NCBI GenBank assembly: GCA_013215815.1
Contig: JABSQP010000009.1
Coordinates: forward strand, 4,598-68,597
DNA: 64,000 bases
Reading direction: 5' to 3'
DNA from: Alphaproteobacteria bacterium
GTDB lineage: Bacteria > Pseudomonadota > Alphaproteobacteria > Micavibrionales > Micavibrionaceae
Below are positions 37,667-48,200 of the stretch, piece by piece; the first letter of the stretch is position 1, and each line of letters opens with the position of its first letter. The position numbers were made by a program, and so were the translations under genes. The notes under the pieces were generated by a model, which was not told where the DNA came from, made no database searches, and saw only the letters and a list, made by a program, of their open reading frames with translations.

Positions 37667-37747
37667 ATGTTCATGCAAAATATTTTAAACATTGTCGTCG
37701 TGCTGGTACTAAACGTGCTTCTCTGTGAGGAAGGGCGAAAACTTTAG
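37667..37747 (+). CDS. Candidate branched-chain amino acid leader peptide (MFMQNILNIVVVLVLNVLLCEEGRKL)
   Basis: A 26-codon ORF in which 12 of 14 consecutive codons (37682-37723) are Ile/Leu/Val. It lies upstream of ilvIH-ilvC and is followed by alternative antiterminator/terminator pairings. There is no obvious SD. Confidence 0.5.
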   Translation: MFMQNILNIVVVLVLNVLLCEEGRKL

Positions 37748-37782
37748 GCATATCGATTTTGTTTAAACGTTAAAGCGCCCTT
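37731..37782 (+). promoter_or_regulatory. Candidate antiterminator pairing
   Basis: AAGGGCG (37731-37737, inside the leader codons E-G-R) is perfectly complementary to CGCCCTT (37776-37782). That segment overlaps the 5' arm of the terminator stem. Confidence 0.45.
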
Positions 37783-37808
37783 GAAGAGAGATCATCAAGG
37801 GCTTTTTT
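37777..37808 (+). terminator. Rho-independent terminator (attenuator and/or miaA terminator)
   Basis: Stem GCCCTTGA (37777-37784) pairs with TCAAGGGC (37795-37802) around a 10-nt loop, followed by TTTTTT (37803-37808). Confidence 0.7.
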
Positions 37809-37918
37809 AATGCCATATTTAGAGCAGGACAAACGCGTACAACTAGGGTGAGTGAATACAAATGGAAGGATGTGAGTTGTAATTTTATTTCAAAATTTAG
37901 AATATATGTATATTTTTA

Positions 37919-37948
37919 TTGATAAAATTGTAATTTTATGTCTATAAT
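37919..37948 (+). promoter_or_regulatory. Near-consensus sigma-70 promoter candidate
   Basis: TTGATA (37919-37924), an 18-nt spacer, then TATAAT (37943-37948). The region is AT-rich, so a chance match is possible. Confidence 0.35.
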
Positions 37949-38026
37949 AAAGCATATTTCGATAAGTATTTTACGTTATGGGCTGCAAGTCCCGCTTATC
38001 TAGTATGTAATCTCCAATTGTTTTCA

Positions 38027-38066
38027 CGAGCTGGCTTGACCATAGGGTCAAGCGGGCTTGTTTTTT
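38027..38066 (+). terminator. Second strong intrinsic terminator immediately upstream of ilvI
   Basis: CGAGCTGGCTTGACC (38027-38041) pairs with GGTCAAGCGGGCTTG (38046-38060), giving 15 positions with one mismatch and two G:U pairs. The loop is ATAG and the stem is followed directly by TTTTTT (38061-38066). Confidence 0.6.
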
Positions 38067-38114
38067 AAGAAGGATTGTTTAAAAGCAAATAGTCAAAGCA
38101 AAAGGTATGAGAAA

Positions 38115-39905
38115 ATGACAACAGCGCAATTAAAAACAGAGACAATTGAAAAAATTGAACCAGCAACAGCAATGACTGGTGCAGACATGGTTATTGAAGC
38201 GCTCGTCGAACAGGGCGTCGATACAATTTTTGGCTATCCTGGCGGTGCTGTTTTACCTATTTACGATGCGCTCTTCCAGCAAAAGAAAATCAAGCACATC
38301 TTATGCCGTCACGAACAAGGTGCAGCACATGCAGCAGAAGGTTATGCCCGTTCTACAGGGAAACCTGGTGTTGTTTTGGTAACAAGCGGTCCAGGAGCAA
38401 CGAACGCTGTTACAGGCTTAACAGACGCTCTATTGGATTCTATTCCGCTTGTTTGTTTAACAGGTCAAGTGCCGACATTCTTGATTGGTAACGACGCTTT
38501 TCAGGAGGCAGATACAACTGGTATTACGCGCCCATGCACGAAGCATAATTACCTTGTAAAAGATGTTCAGGATTTGCCGCACATTATTCACGAAGCTTTT
38601 CACGTCGCGACAAGTGGTCGTCCGGGACCCGTTGTTATCGACTTACCAAAAGACGTACAGTTTGCTGAAGGAAGCTATGTCTCCAAAGATGATGCCTCCA
38701 CGCATATGTACCAACCACAAACAAAGCCTGATATGGCTCAAATTGAGAAAGCTGTTGACCTTATAGCGAACGCAAAGAAGCCAATCTTTTATACCGGTGG
38801 CGGTGTTATCAACGCGGGACCAGAGGCAAGCGAAGCCTTAACAAAGCTTGTTAAAATGACAGGCTATCCAATCACGAGTACTTTGATGGGTCTTGGCGCC
38901 TTCCCTGCCAGTGATGATCAATGGCTTGGTATGCTTGGTATGCACGGAACTTACGAAGCAAACTGGGCCATGCATGATTGCGATGTTATGATTAACATCG
39001 GAGCACGTTTTGATGACCGCGTGACAGGTGATACGAAGAAATTCTCACCAAATTCAAAGAAAATCCATGTTGATATCGATCCAAGTTCGATTAACAAAAT
39101 TATCAATGTTGATGTTCCGGTTATTGCGGACGCAGCCGAAGCGATTAGCGCGATGATCGAAGTTTGGAACAATAAAGGATATCAGACAGATCAAGATGCA
39201 CTTAATAAATGGTGGTCGCAAATTGATGAATGGCGCGCTGTTAAATGCCTAAACTACAAAAACAGTGATACAATCATTAAACCTCAATATGCGCTAGAGC
39301 GTCTTCGCCATCACTTAGAAAAAAGTGATAAAGAAACGTTTATCACGACGGAAGTTGGACAGCACCAGATGTGGGCTGCGCAGTTCTTGCCGTTTGATAA
39401 ACCAAATCGTTGGATGACATCAGGCGGCCTTGGAACAATGGGTTACGGGATGCCTGCTGCTATCGGCACACAACTTGGCAACCCGGATGGCCTTGTTGTT
39501 GATGTTGCTGGTGAAGCATCAATCTTGATGAATATTCAGGAGATGAGTACAGCGGTTCAGTACAACCTTCCGATCAAGATCTTTATCTTGAACAACCAAT
39601 GGATGGGCATGGTGCGCCAGTGGCAAGAACTTCTTCATGGTGAACGCTATTCAAACAGTTATACAGATAGCTTGCCTGATTTTGTTAAGCTAGCTGAAGC
39701 TTATGGCGGAATTGGCCTTCGTGCAGAGACACCAGATCAATTAGACGATGTAATTGAAAGAATGATGGAGACAGACAAAGTAACAATCGTTGATGTTTGT
39801 GTTTGTCAATCGGAGAACTGCTTCCCAATGATCCCATCTGGTAAGGCGCACAATGAAATGATCTTGTCTGCTGACCCAGAAGCTTACGATAAAAAGCTGG
39901 TATAG
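38115..39905 (+). CDS. ilvI: Acetolactate synthase (biosynthetic), large subunit
   Basis: Motifs GADMVIEALVEQGVDTIFGYPGGAVLPIYDAL and the ThDP motif GGLGTMGYGMPAAIG...ILNN. The ATG at 38115 is chosen because the ORF-track start at 38058 lies inside the terminator. Confidence 0.9.
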   Translation: MTTAQLKTETIEKIEPATAMTGADMVIEALVEQGVDTIFGYPGGAVLPIYDALFQQKKIKHILCRHEQGAAHAAEGYARSTGKPGVVLVTSGPGATNAVTGLTDALLDSIPLVCLTGQVPTFLIGNDAFQEADTTGITRPCTKHNYLVKDVQDLPHIIHEAFHVATSGRPGPVVIDLPKDVQFAEGSYVSKDDASTHMYQPQTKPDMAQIEKAVDLIANAKKPIFYTGGGVINAGPEASEALTKLVKMTGYPITSTLMGLGAFPASDDQWLGMLGMHGTYEANWAMHDCDVMINIGARFDDRVTGDTKKFSPNSKKIHVDIDPSSINKIINVDVPVIADAAEAISAMIEVWNNKGYQTDQDALNKWWSQIDEWRAVKCLNYKNSDTIIKPQYALERLRHHLEKSDKETFITTEVGQHQMWAAQFLPFDKPNRWMTSGGLGTMGYGMPAAIGTQLGNPDGLVVDVAGEASILMNIQEMSTAVQYNLPIKIFILNNQWMGMVRQWQELLHGERYSNSYTDSLPDFVKLAEAYGGIGLRAETPDQLDDVIERMMETDKVTIVDVCVCQSENCFPMIPSGKAHNEMILSADPEAYDKKLV

Positions 39906-39917
39906 AGAGAAAGTAAT

Positions 39918-40469
39918 ATGAGTGCGCAAGAAAATACAAAAAGCGTTTACGGCGCAAGCCCAGAACAAGAAACCATTGAGAGCCACACATTATCAGTGAT
40001 CGTGGATAACGAGCCTGGTGTTCTGGCACGTGTCATTGGCCTATTCTCTGGTCGTGGTTACAACATCGAAAGCCTCACTGTGGCTGAGATTGATCATGAG
40101 CAAAATCTATCGCGCATTACAGTTGTAAGCAGTGGAACACCTCAAGTGATTGATCAAATTAAAAACCAACTTGAACGTCTTGTGCCTGTACACCGCGTTA
40201 TTGATCTAACAGTATCAGGTCCGCACGTCTCTTGCGAAGTTGCTCTGGTAAAAATTGTACGTCCACAAAGCGAGCATGCAGAAGTCATCGAAAAAGCAAA
40301 AGCGTTTGATGCTCGCAGCGTTGATACAACAGAAGAATCTATTATTTTTGAGGTGACTGGCGACACACAAACAATCGATAATTTCATTAACGTAATGAAG
40401 AAAATGGGTCTTACAAATATGACGCGTACGGGTATTGTTGCTCTTATGCGCGGACCAAAGACGATTTAG
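39918..40469 (+). CDS. ilvH: Acetolactate synthase small (regulatory) subunit
   Basis: The ACT domain HTLSVIVDNEPGVLARVIGLFSGRGYNIESLTV is present, and the gene sits directly after the large subunit. Confidence 0.9.
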   Translation: MSAQENTKSVYGASPEQETIESHTLSVIVDNEPGVLARVIGLFSGRGYNIESLTVAEIDHEQNLSRITVVSSGTPQVIDQIKNQLERLVPVHRVIDLTVSGPHVSCEVALVKIVRPQSEHAEVIEKAKAFDARSVDTTEESIIFEVTGDTQTIDNFINVMKKMGLTNMTRTGIVALMRGPKTI

Positions 40470-40587
40470 CGTAATATCATTTCAAATTGTCGCTTAATCC
40501 CTTTTAACCCTTGATTATCGGGCATTTTAGTGCTTTTTTAGCGCCAGAATTATACACAAACTTTTAATATTAACTGAAACCATATAA

Positions 40588-41676
<1,089 letters not shown>

Positions 41677-41719
41677 TTTGTCAAATAAAGACAAACACTT
41701 AACTAAAGGTGATAACCCC

Positions 41720-42568
41720 ATGCTCGGCGTGGGGTTTGCTTTATGTGCTGCGATCATGTTGTCCAGCATGAATATGTTTGCAAAACTTCTAAGCTCAATA
41801 CACGATCCTATCGAAATAACTTTTTGGCGCAACCTAATCGCCATGGCTTTATTGTTAGCAGGTTTAGTTGTCTTTAAAAAACTTCACCTTCTAAAAACAA
41901 ATCGTCCTTGGGCGCAACTTTGGCGATCTATTGTTGGTACAACAGGAATGATTTTTTCTGTATGGGCTGCCTCTCTTATGCCATTGACAACAGCGACGGC
42001 TTTTATATTTACCGCCCCCCTTTTTGTTATTTTAATGTCTTACCCAATATTAAAAGAGCGCGTTGGAATATATCGTATACTTGCTGTTATATTAGGGTTT
42101 TCTGGTGTTTTGCTTATTGCAAATCCTGAAGGCGGCATATCCTCTTTGGCATTAACAGTAGGTTTATTGGCCGGCTTTTTTAACGGAATGGTTGCGATCT
42201 TTTTAAGGTGGTTAGGAAGCACAGAAAATACCGCAACAACAAACTTCTACTTTTTTCTTTATGGCCTGATCGGCACAGGAATAGCTATGCCATTCATTTA
42301 CACGCCACCAATACCTGAAACATCACTATGGATAGTTGCTATCGGCATTGTTGGGTTATTATCACTACTGTTTAAAACACAGGGATTCCGATTAGGCCCG
42401 GCATCACTCATTAGCCCAATCAGCTACACCATGCTTGTTTGGGCCAGCTTATACGATTATTTTATATGGAACACGCTACCAACACCGTCTGTTTTAATCG
42501 GCGCGTTTATAATCATTTCAAGTAATATCTTTATTCTTTGGCGCGAACAAAAACTCAAACAGAATTAA
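41720..42568 (+). CDS. DMT superfamily (EamA-type) transporter
   Basis: Ten hydrophobic helices in two EamA-like halves. The ATG at 41720 is preferred to the ORF-track TTG at 41657, which overlaps ilvC. Confidence 0.75.
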   Translation: MLGVGFALCAAIMLSSMNMFAKLLSSIHDPIEITFWRNLIAMALLLAGLVVFKKLHLLKTNRPWAQLWRSIVGTTGMIFSVWAASLMPLTTATAFIFTAPLFVILMSYPILKERVGIYRILAVILGFSGVLLIANPEGGISSLALTVGLLAGFFNGMVAIFLRWLGSTENTATTNFYFFLYGLIGTGIAMPFIYTPPIPETSLWIVAIGIVGLLSLLFKTQGFRLGPASLISPISYTMLVWASLYDYFIWNTLPTPSVLIGAFIIISSNIFILWREQKLKQN

Positions 42569-43062
42569 CTTCGAGTTGCAAAAAACTGCGTATCAGAAAG
42601 CGTGAATTCCGCGCTTACAAACTCTGTTGTTGTTTTAGATGCTGTAACCGTTAGTTCCGTTAGATTACCACTATCATCAAGTGTAAAATCAATATCGAGA
42701 GTTTCTTCAACGATAGTACTAGCTGTGATGCTAGCTTCAAACGATGTTGCTCGCGCAGCCAAGGTTTCAGAATTTCCATCAGCTGGTTTTATACGAACAG
42801 ACTTTTCATCTTCATTTCCACCTTTTAAATAGTCTAAATAACGTTGAAGATGATTATTTAAAGCTCGCAAATCCTCAAGCTGCTTCACTGCTTCCGAGGA
42901 AATGTTTACGTCATCGACAATCTGACGTTCTTGCGCATTAAAAAGATTAGGGGTGTTTGATTTCGAACCTGATTGATAGGCTAAAGCTTGCCTATCGTAA
43001 CGAGCATTAACGCTTGTGATATCGGCCTGAACCGATCTAAAAGAGATTGATCCTTCAATCAT
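42565..43062 (-). CDS. Hypothetical acidic S/T-rich protein downstream of tpsB
   Basis: 165 aa with no signal peptide and no recognisable motif. It is on the same strand as tpsB and 104 nt downstream of it. Confidence 0.45.
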   Translation of the reverse strand: MIEGSISFRSVQADITSVNARYDRQALAYQSGSKSNTPNLFNAQERQIVDDVNISSEAVKQLEDLRALNNHLQRYLDYLKGGNEDEKSVRIKPADGNSETLAARATSFEASITASTIVEETLDIDFTLDDSGNLTELTVTASKTTTEFVSAEFTLSDTQFFATRS

Positions 43063-43165
43063 GGCGAATTTCCTTTTCGCATTGCATTTGAAAAACCGGC
43101 ATCCTACCGATTACTAAATAACCAGTATATCATAAAGAGTTTTAAGAAACAGTTTATCGCTTCAA

Positions 43166-44887
43166 TTAAAACTTCTTATTCAGACTAAAGAAGAACTGAG
43201 GGTCATGCTCACCCTGCGTTTGAATATCGCGGTGTAAAGGGAATGCTGCAATAAACTCAGCATCCACTTCCATTGGCAAATCCAAGCGAACACCACCACC
43301 TGTAGATGTCAAAGATGTTCTTTTATCTCCAGAGTTTGTTGCATCTTGATTCCATACTGTACCAGAATCTAAGAAACCGAATAACTGTGCCATCTCAACG
43401 GGTGTATCCCATTGAACTTCGACACTACCGCCAATACCGTCATCACCAACAACTTCAGATGGGTCAAAACCACGAATAGTACCGATGCCGCCGAGACCAA
43501 ATTCTTCAGAACTCAAAAGCGGGTTGTTAGAAAGCTGGCCACGGCCCTTTAGAAGTACATTCACGGTACTCGTAACACGCTGTAGACGCTGTAGCTCAAT
43601 ATTTGCTTTTGTAAACGTGGGATCGCCAGTAGCACGTGTTAAGTTTGCATCACCCTCGTCACTAGATCCTAAGATATCAAGACCTTGTGATAGTTGAAGA
43701 CTTACGCTGTTAACAGCAACGCCGAGAAGTCTATCCAAAAACTCTGCCTTCATACCTGCGCGCACTGCACGGATACGATCTTTTCTAGTAGGCTCAACAT
43801 TGTTTTTACTATCAACATTACGCCAATCAAAAAGACCATGAGCAAATATATTTGTTGTACGGGAGCGAACCACCGGATGCTCAACTCTAAGCGTCATCGA
43901 TTGAGACAAACCCGTTACATCAAATTGTCTCAAGTCAAAACCTGGGTCCGTACTAGTAACACTACCACCAATGGATACAGTCGTACCATAAGGCCCTACA
44001 GGCTGCTCATACGTAAGGGAGCCATAAGCTAACTCCATACCAGAGTCTGGTGCCAATACAAGCTGCGCTGTAATAGATTCATTGAAACCTAAAGCAGAAT
44101 TAACAACGCCAACACCGCTGAATTGTACAGGACCTAAGTATCGGCTACCGTGGTTATTAATCCCCACAAGGGCTTCATAAGGGTCGCGTTCACCTAATAT
44201 TACAAGCAAATCTGCTGCACCAGGTGTTGATGCTGATGGACTGATAACGCTACGCGCACTTAAACCAGTCAAATCATTAATTAGAAGAAGGTAACGTTCC
44301 ATATCAGCGATATTCAGTGGACCGCCTGTACTAATGTTGGACGCATACTTTTGAATGATATCTAGTTCGGATTGGCTACCATCACCTTGGATGATGACAT
44401 TATCTATAAAACCTTCAACAACGCGAAGACGCGCAATCCCATCTTCAATAGTTTGCGGCGGCACAACGACCTGCGTCAATATGTACCCATCGTTACGGTA
44501 CTTTAAAGTCATACGATTAGCGAGGGCATACAGATCTGCCAACGTGATCTCTGTACCTATCATACCTTGATACATTGACGTCAACTCTGTTTCGCCATAT
44601 GCACTTGCGCCTTCAATGCGTAAACCACCAAAATTAAATTTAATATTTTCCGCTCCTTCAGGTGCCGCTTGAAGAGCCATACTCTTAACACTAATATCTG
44701 GAGCCACTTGAGGAACAAGTTGCGTTTCCCCTAATGTACGATCAAGACGACCTGGGTCGGCAACTCCTGTTTGCTGCTCAAGCTGCGCATTGGCCACGCC
44801 TGAATAACACAGCATTGTTGTAACAAGTGCTGTCGATAATAACTTTCTTAGCACCATGTTTTTTGATGTTGCTATAATGGACCCCAT
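43166..44887 (-). CDS. Two-partner secretion outer-membrane transporter (ShlB/FhaC/HecB family TpsB)
   Basis: 573 aa with a signal peptide (...CYSGVANA/Q) and POTRA-type blocks (IKFNFGGLRIEGASAY...LADLYALANRMTLKYRNDGYILTQVVVPPQTIEDGIARLRVVEGFI). The C-terminal beta-barrel ends in ...FFFSLNKKF. Confidence 0.85.
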   Translation of the reverse strand: MGSIIATSKNMVLRKLLSTALVTTMLCYSGVANAQLEQQTGVADPGRLDRTLGETQLVPQVAPDISVKSMALQAAPEGAENIKFNFGGLRIEGASAYGETELTSMYQGMIGTEITLADLYALANRMTLKYRNDGYILTQVVVPPQTIEDGIARLRVVEGFIDNVIIQGDGSQSELDIIQKYASNISTGGPLNIADMERYLLLINDLTGLSARSVISPSASTPGAADLLVILGERDPYEALVGINNHGSRYLGPVQFSGVGVVNSALGFNESITAQLVLAPDSGMELAYGSLTYEQPVGPYGTTVSIGGSVTSTDPGFDLRQFDVTGLSQSMTLRVEHPVVRSRTTNIFAHGLFDWRNVDSKNNVEPTRKDRIRAVRAGMKAEFLDRLLGVAVNSVSLQLSQGLDILGSSDEGDANLTRATGDPTFTKANIELQRLQRVTSTVNVLLKGRGQLSNNPLLSSEEFGLGGIGTIRGFDPSEVVGDDGIGGSVEVQWDTPVEMAQLFGFLDSGTVWNQDATNSGDKRTSLTSTGGGVRLDLPMEVDAEFIAAFPLHRDIQTQGEHDPQFFFSLNKKF

Positions 44888-45216
44888 ATTTTTTATTCGA
44901 ATATTCGTTAAGGTTTAGCGAAGATAGACACAGAAGACAATAAGGAAATTTCTTTTCCTTCTAGTTATAGAAAAGAATACTACCGCTTTTCTGAGATTTT
45001 AACAATGTTCAGAAAGTACAAAATAAAAATACAGAAAATAAAAAGAAATAATATTGTGTAATTTTGTTTCTTTTTTATCATTTTCCCTAATCACATGTTG
45101 CAAATGGATAGAAAAGGTGCATTATGTGTACCAAGCCAAATATTAACTTTTTGTTAACCATTACATCTAAATGACGAAAAAGATGGGAATGATTATACGT
45201 ATTTTACTCATCGGGG

Positions 45217-45240
45217 AAAGATCAGGAGAAAGATCAGGAG
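45217..45240 (+). repeat. Perfect 12-nt tandem duplication upstream of tpsA
   Basis: AAAGATCAGGAG occurs twice (45217-45228 and 45229-45240). Each copy contains an SD-like AGGAG, 60-80 nt upstream of the ATG. Confidence 0.8.
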
Positions 45241-45298
45241 ACCTTTAGACAACACCACGACTTCATTCACTTCGCTAAGCCAAACTGGCAAAAAGCTT

Positions 45299-48200
45299 AT
45301 GATATCCACTGCGCTAACAGCGGCTGGTCTTTTATGTATCGCCCCTAACGCAAAAGCGGATCCAGCATGGTCTGACTTTACCGATGTTTCGGGTACAATT
45401 TCTACTGACGTTTCTATTCCTGACACAACCAAAATCAATCAACATACACAGACATACATAGGTAACAGCCCGAACCTTGATATCGGGAAAAATCAAACAG
45501 TTATTATTGGCCAAAACAACACTGGTTCTCTTTTCGTTGGTCGTGCGACGGGAGCAGGTGATGACCCAACAAAAATCCTCGGTACACTAAAAACAGTTCT
45601 CAAAAAACCAAGTGACGGTAATGATGGCTTTACATTCTCAAACCGTAGAGGTGGAGACGTTATGGTCATTGATCGTAACGGCGTATTCTTTGGTAAAGAC
45701 GCACGCGTGGATGTTGGTAGCATCATCGCAACAACAGGTAAGGTTAAAAATTCAGACATTCTTGATGGTGACGGTAAATTCAAATTCAAAAACTTTGGTG
45801 ACGGCGAAATTGTTAACAAAGGAACAATCACTGTAGCCAATGCTGGTTTGGCCGCTTTTGTATCACCACATATTTCTAACAGCGGTCTTATTAAAGCAAC
45901 AGTAGGTCGTGTTGCTATGGCATCGGGAAGCAAAGTTACTTTGGATCTTTACGGTGACAACCTTATTGAAATCGCCGTAGATGAAGATTTTAACGAAGGC
46001 CTCATCAAAAACACAGGTACCATCCTTGCTAAAGGCGGGGAAGTTATCATCAAAGCAGAAGTTGCTAAAGACGCGGTTGATAATGTCATCAACATGGGCG
46101 GTATTGTTAACGCTAGCGCGGCAACTGTTAAAGGCGGCAAGATTGTTCTTTCTGGTGGCTCTTCAGGTAAAGTAACTGTTAAAGGGCGATTGGATGCTTC
46201 GGGCAACACAACCGACGGTGGCTCTGTCGATATCTCTGGTGAACGCATTAAGATCACTGACACAGCGCGCTTACGTGCGAAAGGGTACAATGGCAGCGCC
46301 GCTGGTGAAATTACAGCTATTGCGGATGAAAGGCTTGTTGTTGATGGAAGACTTACAGCGCAAGGCCTAACAGATACTGGCTTTATTGAAACATCTGCGC
46401 CAACGACACTCTTTGGTACAGGCGCTTCTATCCTGGCAACACGTGAATGGTTGTTGGATCCAACAGATGTAAGCATTGATGCAGCCCTTGGCGGCCTCAT
46501 TGAAGCACAGTTAGGCGTTGGTGACATGACTGTTGAAACGCCAGCAGCAGGTGGCGATGCAGGAAACATTGCAATGCGTACAATCATTGATTGGGCGACA
46601 GATAACACATTAAAACTTATCGCTCACAATGACATTTTCTTAAGTGGTTCTTATGGCGGCGGCATTAACGCTGCTGGTGCAGGTAACTTTATCGCTGAAG
46701 CTGGCGATGACTTCCGTATGAACGCTGGCAACGGTTCAATCATCATGAACGGTGGTGATGTCACGATTAGTACAGGGGACGAGTTCACACTTGATGATGG
46801 CTTCATCCTTGCAGGTGGCGGGAACATCTCTATCGACAACACTGAATCATTCTCAGCAGTTGCAAACAGCCTTCGTACATCAGGCACTGGTACAATTGAG
46901 ATCAACCAAAACAAAGATGCAAACGGTAATAGCATTATTGCTACGCCAACTATTCAAAATGCGATTGATGCTATTTCAAACACAGGAACAGGCACAAACA
47001 CAATTAACGTTGGCGCGGGTACATGGGCAGAATCAGTAAATGTTGATCATGCTAATCTTGTTCTTAACGGTGCAAATGCAGGTCTTCACGGATCTGATGG
47101 CGCACGAGGCGCTGAAACGATTGTAACACCAAACTCACCTGGCTTTTATGTGACGGCTGACAATGCAACTATCGATGGTTTCACTGTCGATGGTAGCGGC
47201 GCATCAGGTAATAACGGCATTGAAGTTGATGGTGTAAATAACTTTAAAGGTATCAACAACGTTCTTATGAACAACACAGATACTGGTGCAGGCAGAAGTG
47301 CAAGCAGCTGGATAACTGGTGTTGGTGTTATTGTTAAGGACTCAACAGGTACAATTGAAATCGCAGATAACCGTGCGGAAGGTAATACGGATGGTGTCCG
47401 TATTCTTGATACGGACGCAGCTGCTCTTGGTGATGTAAAAATCAAGGGTAATGACGTTGTTGATAGCGGCGACAAAGGTATTATCACAAAGAACAGCGAT
47501 AACATCAAAATCGTAGACAATGATGTAACAGGCAGCTCAACAGGTGTTTGGCTTGAAAATAGTTCTGGTAACGTTGTTCGCGATAACACAGTTGACGATA
47601 GTTCGCAAAACGCTATCCGCTTACGTAACAATAGCGATGATAATGTCATTCATGACAACCGCATTGATGGCGCCGGCGATAACGGTATCCTCGTTGCAGC
47701 AAACTCTGACAATGTTGTGATTAGAAACAACCGCATCAGAAACGTTGATGAAAACGGTATTGATCTAGATGATAGCGACAATGCACGTATCATCGGAAAC
47801 CGTATCGGTCTTGCTGATGGCGCTGACAACATTGGTGATGATGGTATTGACCTCGATGACAGCAACGGCGCTGTTATTAGAGATAACCGCATCCGTAATA
47901 CTGATGAAAACGGTATCGACCTTGATGATAGTGACGATGCCAAAATCATTGCTAACGTCATTAACGATACAGGCGATGACGGTGTTGATCTAGATAACAG
48001 CGACAATGCACGTATCATTGATAATCGTATCGGCCTTGCTGGCGCAGTTGATAACATCGGTGATGATGGTATTGATCTAGATAACAGCGACGGTGCCCTC
48101 ATCAAAGGAAACAAAGTTAAAAACACAACAGAAAACGGCATTGATATCCGTAGCTCTGACAACACAACAATGCGAGATAACGTTGTTCGCGTGACTGGCG

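Noticed and set aside
37938-38003. Second Ile-rich mini-ORF (MSIIKHISISILRYGLQVPLI) as a leader peptide for the second terminator
   Set aside because: Its ATG lies between the -35 and -10 of the best promoter candidate. The geometry also gives the wrong logic: stalling at Ile codons would favour termination, not read-through. In AT-rich DNA, ATA/ATT codons are expected by chance.
38058-38114. ORF-track start of ilvI at 38058
   Set aside because: It would place the N-terminus inside the terminator hairpin and U-run and would add a non-conserved MFFKKDCLKANSQSKRYEK extension. The ATG at 38115 gives a typical AHAS N-terminus.
45143-45157. TTAA-N7-TTAA as a functional CtrA binding site
   Set aside because: It is a single match in a very AT-rich region where TTAA is frequent. 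It is mentioned in the control-region finding but not called as a feature.
45493-48165. Long antisense ORFs inside tpsA (for example 45949-46608 at 219 aa, 47146-47649 at 167 aa, 47650-48165 at 171 aa)
   Set aside because: They lie opposite a repeat-rich gene with biased codon usage. Their products are low-complexity S/P/L/R strings, and they have no start context. They are typical shadow ORFs.
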